The position numbers and the translations under genes are program-made. Below the pieces are notes generated by a model, which did not search any database, was not told the origin of the DNA, and worked only from the letters and a program-made list of their open reading frames with translations. Below are positions 29,659 to 38,973 of a stretch of 52,113 nucleotides of DNA, in pieces (within the stretch, counting starts at the first letter, position 1; the number at the start of each line of letters is the position of its first letter). Source of the DNA: a virus (taxonomy: Duplodnaviria > Heunggongvirae > Uroviricota > Caudoviricetes); IMG/VR virus record IMGVR_UViG_2541047719_000006. One strand, given 5' to 3'.

Positions 29659-29835
29659 ATGGCCGGATTAACTAAAGAGCAAAGAGCACAGCGTGAAGCC
29701 GCACAAAAAACGCAAATTGAGTTAGTGGTTATGGTGACCGATTATCAGATGTTTCCCGGCGCACCAACTATCGCTAATGTTCATCCTGATGAAGTTGACA
29801 ACTGGAAGGCTATGGGCTGGAAAACTCAGGAGTAA
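29659..29835 (+). CDS. Hypothetical small protein
   Basis: 58-aa ORF read by hand with GGAGGG RBS; not in ORF track. Confidence 0.3.
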   Translation: MAGLTKEQRAQREAAQKTQIELVVMVTDYQMFPGAPTIANVHPDEVDNWKAMGWKTQE

Positions 29836-29838
29836 CAC

Positions 29839-30234
29839 ATGATCACTTACGTGACCTGTGATGACGTTGATAATGCGTTTGGGAACGCCTGGACGAGTGA
29901 GAACGCTAAAAATAAAGCTGTTTTAATGGCTAATGCCTGGCTTAATGGCTTCAACCTGAAAATTAACCCATCCCGTATTCCGGAAGAGGTAAAACTTGCG
30001 GGAGCATATGCAGCCAGAATTGCCTCATTCGGTAAGTTGTTTCAGCAGAAAAATGATTCTGGCGTTGTTATCAGTAAAGCCGTGTCGGCTGACGGGGTCA
30101 GTGTATCGAAATCATTTGCTGAGTTGCCATCAAACAGCACTGTATTGCTTGAACCCGATTTACAGCTTGCGATAGCACTGCTGAAACCGTACGGACTTAG
30201 TCGCTCACAAGTCAGGGTTGTGAGGGGGGGATAA
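29839..30234 (+). CDS. Head-tail connector/adaptor protein (putative)
   Basis: 131 aa; AGGAG RBS; position between capsid and tail genes. Confidence 0.4.
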   Translation: MITYVTCDDVDNAFGNAWTSENAKNKAVLMANAWLNGFNLKINPSRIPEEVKLAGAYAARIASFGKLFQQKNDSGVVISKAVSADGVSVSKSFAELPSNSTVLLEPDLQLAIALLKPYGLSRSQVRVVRGG

Positions 30235-30617
30235 TGGGGCTTCGTGAAGAGATTCAGTCAGAGGTTGCCGCTGCTTTTGATGAGGATTTAGCGGACGCCG
30301 TGAGTGATTTTTCTGGTTCTTACGTTACGCACCGGCACTGGGATCCTGTGACGGAAACTGGCGGCGAATCCACCGCAATCTATACCGGGCGAGGCGTGTT
30401 GACACGTTATAAGCTGGGCAGAATTGATGGGATTAATATTTTGCATGGTGACCTTAAATTAACCGCTCTGGTATGCGAGGTTACGGATAAACCCGCTGTC
30501 GACCATATTATTGAGATTTATGATCCTGTATTAAGGCAGTTACAACGATACGAGGTAATTACAGCGAGTGTAGATCCTTCCGCATCAGTTTACTCTATCC
30601 AGTTAAGGAGAGCGTAA
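30234..30617 (+). CDS. Head-tail joining protein (putative)
   Basis: 127 aa; start overlaps previous stop; position. Confidence 0.4.
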   Translation: MGLREEIQSEVAAAFDEDLADAVSDFSGSYVTHRHWDPVTETGGESTAIYTGRGVLTRYKLGRIDGINILHGDLKLTALVCEVTDKPAVDHIIEIYDPVLRQLQRYEVITASVDPSASVYSIQLRRA

Positions 30618-30998
30618 ATGGCAAAGGCATGGGATATAGAACCGTCAATATTTGCCGGGATGATTGAGGAAGATGTGGGGCTGAAAATTCGCTACATCGC
30701 TATGCAGATTCTTACTGCTATTGATATTGCTGCTCCGGTTGATACCGGACGTTTCAGAAATAACAACCTGGTGTCGTTACAGCATCCCGATTTTGGTATA
30801 TCTGATAACGTGGATCCGAACGGTACGATTGCGGTTCAGCGTGGGATCGGGGTTATTTCGAAAGCTGCAAATTACGGAGTTATTTATATCCAGAATAACC
30901 TTCCTTATGCAGAGGCTCTTGAAAACGGTCATTCACAACAAGCGCCAACTGGCGTGTATGCCAACGCTTTTCATGGTGTCTTACAGGCTTACAAATGA
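30618..30998 (+). CDS. Head-tail joining protein (putative)
   Basis: 126 aa; AGGAG RBS; position. Confidence 0.4.
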   Translation: MAKAWDIEPSIFAGMIEEDVGLKIRYIAMQILTAIDIAAPVDTGRFRNNNLVSLQHPDFGISDNVDPNGTIAVQRGIGVISKAANYGVIYIQNNLPYAEALENGHSQQAPTGVYANAFHGVLQAYK

Positions 30999-31387
30999 CA
31001 TTTACTGAAATCAGAAATACGGTTATTTCCAGAATGACGGCACAGACGATTATTGATGGAAAAGACGTATTGTATCCGAACGCGCCAACGTTCGATCCTT
31101 CCGGTAAGTTAATCTGGGCGCGGTTAAGTAATATTCCCGGGCAGGCTGGAGTTAATGAAATTGGCGCGGGGCCGATTGTTTATCGCACGGGGATAATCAT
31201 TATTCAGTTATTTGTCCCCGCAGGTTCTGGTTCAAAACTCATTACTGAGACAGCCGATAAATTGCGGGGACTGTTTGAGTTTCAGGATGACGATCGTCTC
31301 AGTTACCAGGCTGTTTCCTCAATAGCCGTTGGCGAAAAGAATGGCTGGTTCCAGCTTAATCTTCAAATTCCATATCGCGCGCTCTAG
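30995..31387 (+). CDS. Tail completion/terminator protein (putative)
   Basis: 130 aa; ATGA overlap with previous gene; immediately upstream of major tail gene. Confidence 0.4.
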   Translation: MTFTEIRNTVISRMTAQTIIDGKDVLYPNAPTFDPSGKLIWARLSNIPGQAGVNEIGAGPIVYRTGIIIIQLFVPAGSGSKLITETADKLRGLFEFQDDDRLSYQAVSSIAVGEKNGWFQLNLQIPYRAL

Positions 31388-31413
31388 CGCAATTAATGAC
31401 ATAGGAGGCTCCT

Positions 31414-32343
31414 GTGAGTTCAGGTGCAAAGGTTATCTCGGCATTTATCCGGGAGACGGTTGCAGGCACTACGCCAGCAAGTGGTGACTGGAGTTTATTA
31501 AAACGCACAAGCTGGGGAGTAAAACCCACCCAGAATAAAGGCGAAAATAATGAGATTGGTGGCTCCCGGATGGCTCAGGGGGCGACGCCTGGCACTGTGG
31601 ATGTCGGCGGTGATGTTGGTACCAAATTTCGCTGGGGTCAACATGATGATTTTCTTGCATCCTGTTTCGGCGCGGAATGGTCAGGCGATTCTCTGACAAT
31701 GGGGAATGAGCGAATAACATTTTCTCTGGCGACCTATGCGTCCGATGTCGGAATTGCCTCTGTCGTCAGAGGAGCGCAGGTTGGCTCATGGAAAATGCAG
31801 ATCCCTAACGACGGCGATATTACAGCGACCGTAACCTTTGCCGGACTGGACTGGGAATCAAAGGCCGATGATACGAATTTTATCAAAGGCGAACCTGTGG
31901 AGAGTGCAGGAAAGCTACGTTATTCGTTTAAGGAGGTTTCAGCAGTAAGCCTGAATGGTGTTGCCGGAGGTAACGGTTTTTGTATCGACAGTTTTGATAT
32001 TCAGTTCGATAACAAACTCCAGACACAGCGTTGTATCGGGACTGGCTCGCCTTATGCAGGAGCAAATATTCCGACTACTTTTACACCGTCCGGTACGGTG
32101 ACGCTTTCATGGTCTAAAGCCGCGTGGGAAATCTGGAGTAAAACACTGACTGGAGAAACAGTTCCGTTCAGCTTCACGCTTTCGAATGGAGAGGGGGCAT
32201 ACACTTTCAGTTTCCCGAAGGTTCAGGTGTCAGGTGAATGGCCTGATGGGGGTAATAGCGACATTATCCAGGTTCAATTGAGCATTACCGCAGCAGATGA
32301 AGCACCTACGATAACCAGAAAAAAAATTCCCCGGCTGCCGTGA
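31414..32343 (+). CDS. Major tail (tube) protein
   Basis: 309 aa; GTG start with AGGAGG RBS; directly upstream of the tail chaperone pair. Confidence 0.6.
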   Translation: MSSGAKVISAFIRETVAGTTPASGDWSLLKRTSWGVKPTQNKGENNEIGGSRMAQGATPGTVDVGGDVGTKFRWGQHDDFLASCFGAEWSGDSLTMGNERITFSLATYASDVGIASVVRGAQVGSWKMQIPNDGDITATVTFAGLDWESKADDTNFIKGEPVESAGKLRYSFKEVSAVSLNGVAGGNGFCIDSFDIQFDNKLQTQRCIGTGSPYAGANIPTTFTPSGTVTLSWSKAAWEIWSKTLTGETVPFSFTLSNGEGAYTFSFPKVQVSGEWPDGGNSDIIQVQLSITAADEAPTITRKKIPRLP

Positions 32344-32423
32344 TCGCAAAAGCCAGTGCTGAGGCGATTAGTTGATTTTCCGTTATTCCTCCTGTGGTAC
32401 TGCCCTACAGGGGGACGCATTGA

Positions 32424-32885
32424 ATGAGGTTATGGATGTTTATTCTTAATCAGAAAATTATCATTGGTGGAGAACGCTGGTTTACGCCAATGAAGGACTT
32501 AAAACCTGTAGACGGGTTAAAACTGTTGGTGGCAAGCAGCGATAACGATCAGTATCGCTCCCGTAATGCATTAATCCGTCGCCACATTGAGAAAATGGAT
32601 GCCAGTTTGCACGTCGGAACGAAGGAGTTTGATATTTCAAAGGTTTCCGAGGTGGATTCTGTTGATGATTTACTCATTGATAATGCTGCTCGTTATCTGC
32701 TGAAAGACTGGAAAGGGGTTGGTGAACTGGTTGATGGTGTTGAGGTTGCACTGGAATATACGCCAGAACGAGGGATCGCGCTGCTTAAGCAGAATCCGGA
32801 GTTGTACTGGCAGATCCTTGCAGAAGCAGCCAGCATCGCCCAGGGTAAAGAGCAGCAGAAGCAGGATACGATAAAAAAGCCATAG
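32424..32885 (+). CDS. Tail assembly chaperone (lambda G analog)
   Basis: 153 aa acidic protein upstream of tape measure; contains slippery heptamer A_AAA_AAG at 32873..32879. Confidence 0.7.
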   Translation: MRLWMFILNQKIIIGGERWFTPMKDLKPVDGLKLLVASSDNDQYRSRNALIRRHIEKMDASLHVGTKEFDISKVSEVDSVDDLLIDNAARYLLKDWKGVGELVDGVEVALEYTPERGIALLKQNPELYWQILAEAASIAQGKEQQKQDTIKKP

Positions 32886-33193
32886 CCGCCCAGCGGTGGT
32901 TATCGGAGTTCGGGGGAGAAAAGGGTGAAAAGGCAAGATGGAAGCGAGAAAAACTCAGGTTGCCACCGATACCGGAACCAGAAATAGACCCGGTGCTTAA
33001 GGAATTGTTGTACGCCTATTCGGTAATATCCCGTGCCCGACGTTATGCTGGAATGACTGGGGTGCCTTTGCCTTTATCTCTGACAGAGATAAATGAATAT
33101 TTAGCCACTCATCCGGTATTGATTGAGCGCGATGAATTTGAAGCAGTGATCTTTGCACTGGATGACCAGTATTTTCAGGAGCAGTGTGTGTAG
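32424..33193 (+). CDS. Tail assembly chaperone frameshift product (lambda GT analog)
   Basis: A -1 shift at 32873..32879 continues into an open frame with no stops to 33193 (KKAIAAQRWLSEFGGEKGEKARWKREKLRLPPIPEPEIDPV...). Confidence 0.6.
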
Positions 33194-33316
33194 TTGTTAA
33201 TTACGTACACTCTGTTACAGAGATGTGATGGTGTCTTTAATTAAATCGATGATGCTCCTGGAGAAAAGCATTGCGTGGCCTCGTAATCGCTATATCTACT
33301 ATTATGTCGCCTGAAA

Positions 33317-33336
33317 CCCACTTCGGTGGGTTTTTT
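33317..33336 (+). terminator. Terminator-like hairpin upstream of tape measure gene
   Basis: CCCAC-ttcg-GTGGG followed by TTTTTT. Confidence 0.5.
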
Positions 33337-33356
33337 GTTGTCAGGAGTTTTAATGA

Positions 33357-36300
33357 ATGGCAGAGCAAACCTCGCGTCTCGCAATAATTATTGATAGCAC
33401 TGGAGCGAAAAATAATGCTGACAATCTGGCCTCCTCATTAGTCAAAATGACGCAGGCTGGGGAAACTGCTGCAAATAGCGCAGGGAAAGTGACTAAGGCA
33501 ACAGAAGATGAGAAGAACGCGCTCGCAAAATTAAAAGCAGCTATTGATCCAGTTGGTGCCGCAATTGATACTGTCGGTCGACGCTATTCTGAATTAAAGA
33601 AATTTTTCGATAAAGGGCTTATTGATAAAGAAGAATATGAATTTCTTGTCCGTAAACTTAATGAAACCACAGAGGAATTGAGCGGGGTTGCGCAAGCGCA
33701 GAGAGAAGCCGAGAAGGCCGGAAAACTTGCTGCCGCCCAGCAGGAAGCGCAGGCTCAGGCCTTTCAAAGAATGCTGGACAAGATCGACCCTCTGGCTGCG
33801 GCGCTAAGAAATCTTGAACAACAGCAGGATGAACTTAATGCTGCGTTTGCATCCGGGAAAATAAATGGTTCTCAGTTTGAGAATTATAGCCGAAAAATAC
33901 AGGAAACACGGCGAGAGCTTACCGGAGAGGCTCAGGCAGAGCGAGAAGCAGCAAAAGCGCATGATGAACAGGTTGCTGCTTTGCAACGTCTGATTGCTCA
34001 ACTTGATCCTGTCGGAACTGCTTTTAATCGTCTGCTAGAACAACAGAAACAGCTCAATGAAGCAAAAGCTAAGGGGATGCTTTCTCCTGAAATGTATGAG
34101 GAGCTTTCTGGAAAACTTCGTGCTATGCGGAGTGAGCTTGAGGTTACTCAATCGCAATTAAGCAAAACCGGAATGTCGGCAAAACAAACGGCTTTTGCTA
34201 TGCGCATGTTGCCTGCACAAATGACGGATATTGTTGTTGGGTTGTCCACTGGTCAGTCGCCATTTATGGTGTTAATGCAGCAGGGCGGCCAGCTAAAAGA
34301 TATGTTCGGTGGGATTGGCCCGGCGATCAAAGGTGTAGGTTCTTATGTGCTGGGATTAATTAATCCTTTTACCCTGGCCGCAGCAGCCGTTGGCGTCTTA
34401 GGGCTGGCTTACTATAAAGGCTCTCAGGAGCAGGACGAATTTAATAAATCTCTTATTCTTACCGGAAATCAGTTGGGGACAACCAGCGGGCAATTGGCCG
34501 ATATAGCTCAACGTGCCGGGAATGCGGCTGATTCGACAACTGGCGCTGCGGCGGCAGTATTAAACCAGCTTGTGCGTTCGGGAAAGGTAGCGAGCAGTTC
34601 GCTGGAGCAAGTGACGACAGCGATAGTAAAAACGAGCGAAGTAACAGGAATATCAACCGAACAACTGGTTAATGACTTCAATGAAATTGCAAAGGATCCT
34701 GTCAGTGCTATATCAAAACTTAATGATCAGTACCATTTTCTGACACTTGCGACTTATAACCAGATTAAGGCGCTACAGGATGAAGGGAACCAGCAGGAGG
34801 CCGCCCGCATTGCGACAGAAGCATACTCATCCTCAATGATCCAGCGCACCAACCAGATTAAAGAAAATCTTGGTTATCTTGAGACTGCATGGAAAGCTGT
34901 CGCAGACTCCGCAAAATGGGCATGGGATTCCATGCTGGATATTGGCCGTGAGGCCTCCCTTGATCAAAAAATCTCAGATGTTCTCCGTCAAATTGATGAA
35001 ATAGAAAAAAATACCCGACCCGGAGTTTTCGGGTTAGGTGGCATTGGAGATGGCGGAGCTCAAAATAAAAAGCTGGCACGATTAAAGCAGCAATTGGGCG
35101 TACTTCAAGCAGAGAAAATTGCTCAGGACGTACTAAATTCATCAATAAACGATTACAACAAGCGACAACAGGAAGGAATTGAACTCAGACAGAGAGCAGA
35201 TGCTTTTTCAAAACAATATCAGACCCGGGAGCAGCAGAGAGCTAGTGAACTTGCAAAACTGGAAAAGCTAAAGAATCAGTATTCAAAGGAAGAATATAAT
35301 AATCTTATCGCTCAAATAAATGAGCGTTATAAAGATCCAAAGCAACCAAAGGCGAAAGGTTATTCGGATGATGCTGCCCAACGAATGATTGATCATCTGA
35401 ATCAACAGAATGCGTTACTAAGTTCACAAGCTGAATTGACCGTTAAATTAAGTTCCTCTGAACAGGAACTGGTTAAGTGGCGTCAGCAGATTGCCGACCT
35501 GGAGTCACGACCGTCATCGAAATTAACCCAGGATCAGAAATCGCTTCTCTTACACCGGGAAGAAATAACCGCGTTGATGGAGAAAAATGTTGCGATTGAA
35601 AAAAATAACAGGCTAATCAAGGAATCCGCCGAAATAGCTGCATGGCGTGATTCATTGCAGGCTTCGATTGATAATCGTCAACAGGGGTATGACATTCAGA
35701 TTGCTGGTTATGGGGTTGGCGATAAAAATCAGCAACGCCAGCAGGAATTACTGCGGATTGAACGTGAATATAACAATCAGCGTCTGCAACTTGAACGTGA
35801 CTATGCAGATAAATCCCGTGGAATGTCAAATCATGTTTTTCAGGAGAAAATGCAGGCTCTGAATGATGCTCTGGAACGAGAAAAAGAAATTGTCAGCCAG
35901 ATAAACGAGCAGCTCGATATTCAGGCAAGAGACTGGATTAGTGGTGCCTCCCAGGGATTCAATAACTGGCTGGATGACACTAAGGATATCGGTGCGCAGA
36001 TAAAATCAACCACGACTCAGATGTTTGATGGGATGACCGATGCGCTAGGTGATTTTGTCACGACAGGCAAGGCAAATTTTCGTTCTTTCGCTACTTCCGT
36101 GATTTCGGATCTTAGTCGAATTGCATTAAAGGCTTCAATTACTGGGATTTTCGACAGCATTAGTAACAGTTCTTCTGGGGGTATTTTAGGAACTATCGGG
36201 AGTGCTATTAGTAAATTTATTCCGAATGCAAAGGGCGGTGTTTATGAGTCTCCGTCATTGAGTACATATTCGAACGGTATTTATGACTCCCCGCAATTTT

Positions 36301-36590
36301 TTGCTTTTGCAAAAGGAGCTGGTGTTTTTGGTGAGGCTGGACCGGAAGCTATTATGCCATTAACGCGAACTTCCGATGGTTCTCTTGGTGTCAGAGCTAT
36401 TAATAGTAAAAGTGGTAATGGAGGCAGAGATATTACTTATGCCCCTGTATACCAAATCACTATTCAAAATGACGGCCAGAATGGAGAGATTGGTCCTCAG
36501 GCAATAAAAGCACTTATGGGGATGGTTGATCAGCGGGTGCAGGGCACTCTGTTAAATATGCGACGTGATGGAGGAATGTTAAGTGGCTAA
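33357..36590 (+). CDS. Tail tape measure protein
   Basis: 1077 aa, coiled-coil-rich N-terminal half; CAGGAG RBS; follows G/GT. Confidence 0.85.
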   Translation: MAEQTSRLAIIIDSTGAKNNADNLASSLVKMTQAGETAANSAGKVTKATEDEKNALAKLKAAIDPVGAAIDTVGRRYSELKKFFDKGLIDKEEYEFLVRKLNETTEELSGVAQAQREAEKAGKLAAAQQEAQAQAFQRMLDKIDPLAAALRNLEQQQDELNAAFASGKINGSQFENYSRKIQETRRELTGEAQAEREAAKAHDEQVAALQRLIAQLDPVGTAFNRLLEQQKQLNEAKAKGMLSPEMYEELSGKLRAMRSELEVTQSQLSKTGMSAKQTAFAMRMLPAQMTDIVVGLSTGQSPFMVLMQQGGQLKDMFGGIGPAIKGVGSYVLGLINPFTLAAAAVGVLGLAYYKGSQEQDEFNKSLILTGNQLGTTSGQLADIAQRAGNAADSTTGAAAAVLNQLVRSGKVASSSLEQVTTAIVKTSEVTGISTEQLVNDFNEIAKDPVSAISKLNDQYHFLTLATYNQIKALQDEGNQQEAARIATEAYSSSMIQRTNQIKENLGYLETAWKAVADSAKWAWDSMLDIGREASLDQKISDVLRQIDEIEKNTRPGVFGLGGIGDGGAQNKKLARLKQQLGVLQAEKIAQDVLNSSINDYNKRQQEGIELRQRADAFSKQYQTREQQRASELAKLEKLKNQYSKEEYNNLIAQINERYKDPKQPKAKGYSDDAAQRMIDHLNQQNALLSSQAELTVKLSSSEQELVKWRQQIADLESRPSSKLTQDQKSLLLHREEITALMEKNVAIEKNNRLIKESAEIAAWRDSLQASIDNRQQGYDIQIAGYGVGDKNQQRQQELLRIEREYNNQRLQLERDYADKSRGMSNHVFQEKMQALNDALEREKEIVSQINEQLDIQARDWISGASQGFNNWLDDTKDIGAQIKSTTTQMFDGMTDALGDFVTTGKANFRSFATSVISDLSRIALKASITGIFDSISNSSSGGILGTIGSAISKFIPNAKGGVYESPSLSTYSNGIYDSPQFFAFAKGAGVFGEAGPEAIMPLTRTSDGSLGVRAINSKSGNGGRDITYAPVYQITIQNDGQNGEIGPQAIKALMGMVDQRVQGTLLNMRRDGGMLSG

Positions 36591-36624
36591 TACGGAAGAA
36601 TTTTACTGGTTACCAGAGGATGGA

Positions 36625-36921
36625 ATGAAAACAGAAAATAAGCCATCGATAAAAACTGTAAGATTTGGCGATGGTTATGAACAACGAAGCCCAAACGGAC
36701 TTAATCATTCTCTGCGTGTTTTTACCTGTGATTTCAGGGTTGAGGCGAATGAACGTAATTCATTTGAACTGTTTCTGGCTCGGCATGGAGGCTATAAATC
36801 TTTTTTTTGGCGCCCGCCGGGTATTAACAGAAAAATCAGAGTGGTGTGTCGAACGTGGTCAGCGACAGAACATATCACCTATACCGATTTTTCGTGTCAG
36901 TTTGACGAAGTGGTGATCTGA
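36625..36921 (+). CDS. Minor tail protein M
   Basis: Matches remembered lambda M (VRFGDGYEQR, C-terminal FDEVVI); alternative GTG start 36583. Confidence 0.8.
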   Translation: MKTENKPSIKTVRFGDGYEQRSPNGLNHSLRVFTCDFRVEANERNSFELFLARHGGYKSFFWRPPGINRKIRVVCRTWSATEHITYTDFSCQFDEVVI

Positions 36922-37619
36922 TGCAGGACATACGACAGGAAACACATCATGAGACGACACGCCTTACTCAGTCAGCCCAGGTGGTGCTCTGGGAAATCGA
37001 TCTGACAGAGGTCGGTGGTGAACGTTATTTTTTCTGTAATGAGCAGAACGAAAAAGGTGAGCCGGTCACCTGGCAGGGGCGGCAGTATCAGGTATACCCT
37101 ATTCAGGGGACGGGATTTGAACTGAACGGTAAGGGTAGTGCTGCCCGTCCGACACTGACGGTCTCTAACCTGCACGGCATGGTCACCGGGATGGCGGAAG
37201 ACCTGCAGAGTCTGGTCGGCGGAACGGTGGTCAGGCGTAAGGTTTACGCCCGTTTTCTGGATGCGGTGAACTTCGTCAACGGAAACAGCGACGCCGATCC
37301 GGAGCAGGAGGTGATCAGCCGCTGGCGCATCGAGCAGTGCAGCGAACTGAGTGCGGTCAGTGCCTCCTTTGTGCTCTCCACACCGACGGAAACGGATGGT
37401 GCTGTTTTTCCGGGGCGCATCATGCTGGCCAACACCTGCACCTGGACCTATCGCGGTGATGAGTGCGGTTATCATGGTCCGGCTGTCGCGGATGAATATG
37501 ACCAGCCGACGTCCGATATCACGAAGGATAAATGCAGCAAATGCCTGAGCGGCTGTAAGTTTCGCAATAACGTCGGCAACTTTGGCGGCTTCCTTTCCAT
37601 TAACAAACTTTCGCAGTAA
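36921..37619 (+). CDS. Minor tail protein L
   Basis: 232 aa near-identical to remembered lambda L (MQDIRQET..., SKCLSGCKFRNNVGNFGGFLSINKLSQ). Confidence 0.9.
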   Translation: MQDIRQETHHETTRLTQSAQVVLWEIDLTEVGGERYFFCNEQNEKGEPVTWQGRQYQVYPIQGTGFELNGKGSAARPTLTVSNLHGMVTGMAEDLQSLVGGTVVRRKVYARFLDAVNFVNGNSDADPEQEVISRWRIEQCSELSAVSASFVLSTPTETDGAVFPGRIMLANTCTWTYRGDECGYHGPAVADEYDQPTSDITKDKCSKCLSGCKFRNNVGNFGGFLSINKLSQ

Positions 37620-37623
37620 TCCC

Positions 37624-38367
37624 ATGACACAGACAGAATCAGCGATTCTGGCGCACGCCCGGCGATGTGCGCCAGCGGAGTCGTGCGGCTTCGTGGTGAG
37701 AACGCCGGAAGGGGAAAGATATTTTCCCTGCGTGAATATCTCCGGTGAGCCGGAGGCGTATTTCCGGATGTCGCCGGAGGACTGGCTGCGGGCAGAGATG
37801 CAGGGTGAGATTGTGGCGCTGGTCCACAGCCACCCCGGTGGTCTGCCCTGGCTGAGTGAGGCTGACCGGCGGCTGCAGGTGCAGAGCGATTTGCCTTGGT
37901 GGCTGGTCTGCCGGGGTGAGATTCATAAATTCCGCTGTGTGCCGCATCTTACCGGGCGGCGCTTTGAGCACGGGGCGACGGACTGTTACACGCTGTTCCG
38001 GGATGCTTATCATCTGGCGGGGATTGAGATGCCGGACTTTCATCGTGAGGATGACTGGTGGTGTAACGGCCAGAATCTCTATCTGGATAATCTGGAGGCC
38101 ACAGGGCTGTATCAGGTGCCGTTGTCAGCGGCGCAGCCGGGCGATGTGCTGCTGTGCTGTTTTGGTTCATCGGTGCCGAATCATGCCGCCATTTACTGCG
38201 GCGACGGTGAGCTGTTGCACCATATTCCTGAACAACTGAGCAAACGAGAGAGGTATACCGACAAATGGCAGCGACGCACACACTCCCTCTGGCGTCACCG
38301 GGCATGGCACGCATCTGCCTTTACGGGGATTTACAACGATTTGGCCGCCGCATCGACCTTCGTGTAA
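37624..38367 (+). CDS. Tail assembly protein K (NlpC/P60 + JAB/MPN)
   Basis: Near-identical to remembered lambda K from MTQTESAILAHARRCAPAESCGF; ORF track start 37582 is an extension. Confidence 0.9.
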   Translation: MTQTESAILAHARRCAPAESCGFVVRTPEGERYFPCVNISGEPEAYFRMSPEDWLRAEMQGEIVALVHSHPGGLPWLSEADRRLQVQSDLPWWLVCRGEIHKFRCVPHLTGRRFEHGATDCYTLFRDAYHLAGIEMPDFHREDDWWCNGQNLYLDNLEATGLYQVPLSAAQPGDVLLCCFGSSVPNHAAIYCGDGELLHHIPEQLSKRERYTDKWQRRTHSLWRHRAWHASAFTGIYNDLAAASTFV

Positions 38368-38912
38368 AAACGGGGGCTGAAGCCATCCGGGCGTTGTCCA
38401 CACAGCTCCCGGCGTTTCGTCAGAAACTGAATGAGGGCTGGTATCAGGTGCGCATTGCCGGGCGTGATGCAGGCGAAAATGAATTATCTGCCCGTCTTAA
38501 TGAGTCGCTGGCAAATGGTGCCGTGATCCACATTGTGCCGCGTCTGGCGGGAGCTAAAAGTGGCGGTGTTTTTCAGGCAGTGCTGGGTGCGGCGCTGATT
38601 GCGGTGGCATGGTGGAACCCTGTGGGCTGGCTGGGTGCCGCGGCTGTATCGGGCATGTATGCGGCAGGGGCCAGTATGATCCTGGGTGGTGTGGCCCAGA
38701 TGCTGGCACCGAAAGCCCGGACGCCCACAGCGACCAGCACGGATAACGGTAAGCAGAACACCTATTTCTCATCACTGGATAACATGGTTGCCCAGGGCAA
38801 TGTTCTGCCTGTTCTGTACGGTGAAATGCGCGTGGGGTCTCGTGTGGTTTCTCAGGAGATCAGCACGGCAGATGAAGGGGACGGTGGTCAGGTTGTGGTG
38901 ATTGGCCGCTGA
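38265..38912 (+). CDS. Tail assembly protein I
   Basis: Matches remembered lambda I (MAATHTLPLASPGMARICLYGDLQRFGRR...). Confidence 0.9.
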   Translation: MAATHTLPLASPGMARICLYGDLQRFGRRIDLRVKTGAEAIRALSTQLPAFRQKLNEGWYQVRIAGRDAGENELSARLNESLANGAVIHIVPRLAGAKSGGVFQAVLGAALIAVAWWNPVGWLGAAAVSGMYAAGASMILGGVAQMLAPKARTPTATSTDNGKQNTYFSSLDNMVAQGNVLPVLYGEMRVGSRVVSQEISTADEGDGGQVVVIGR

Positions 38913-38933
38913 TGCAAAATATTTCATGTGAAA

Positions 38934-38952
38934 CCGCCCTCCGGGCGGTTTT
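38934..38952 (+). terminator. Hairpin with T-run between I and J
   Basis: CCGCCC-tcc-GGGCGG followed by TTTT. Confidence 0.4.
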
Positions 38953-38973
38953 GTCGTTTATGGAGCATGACGA

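Noticed and set aside
36972-38403. Minus-strand ORFs (217, 134, 121 and 78 aa) overlapping L, K and I
   Set aside because: Antisense to tail genes that match lambda L/K/I; Arg/Pro-rich translations typical of spurious frames.
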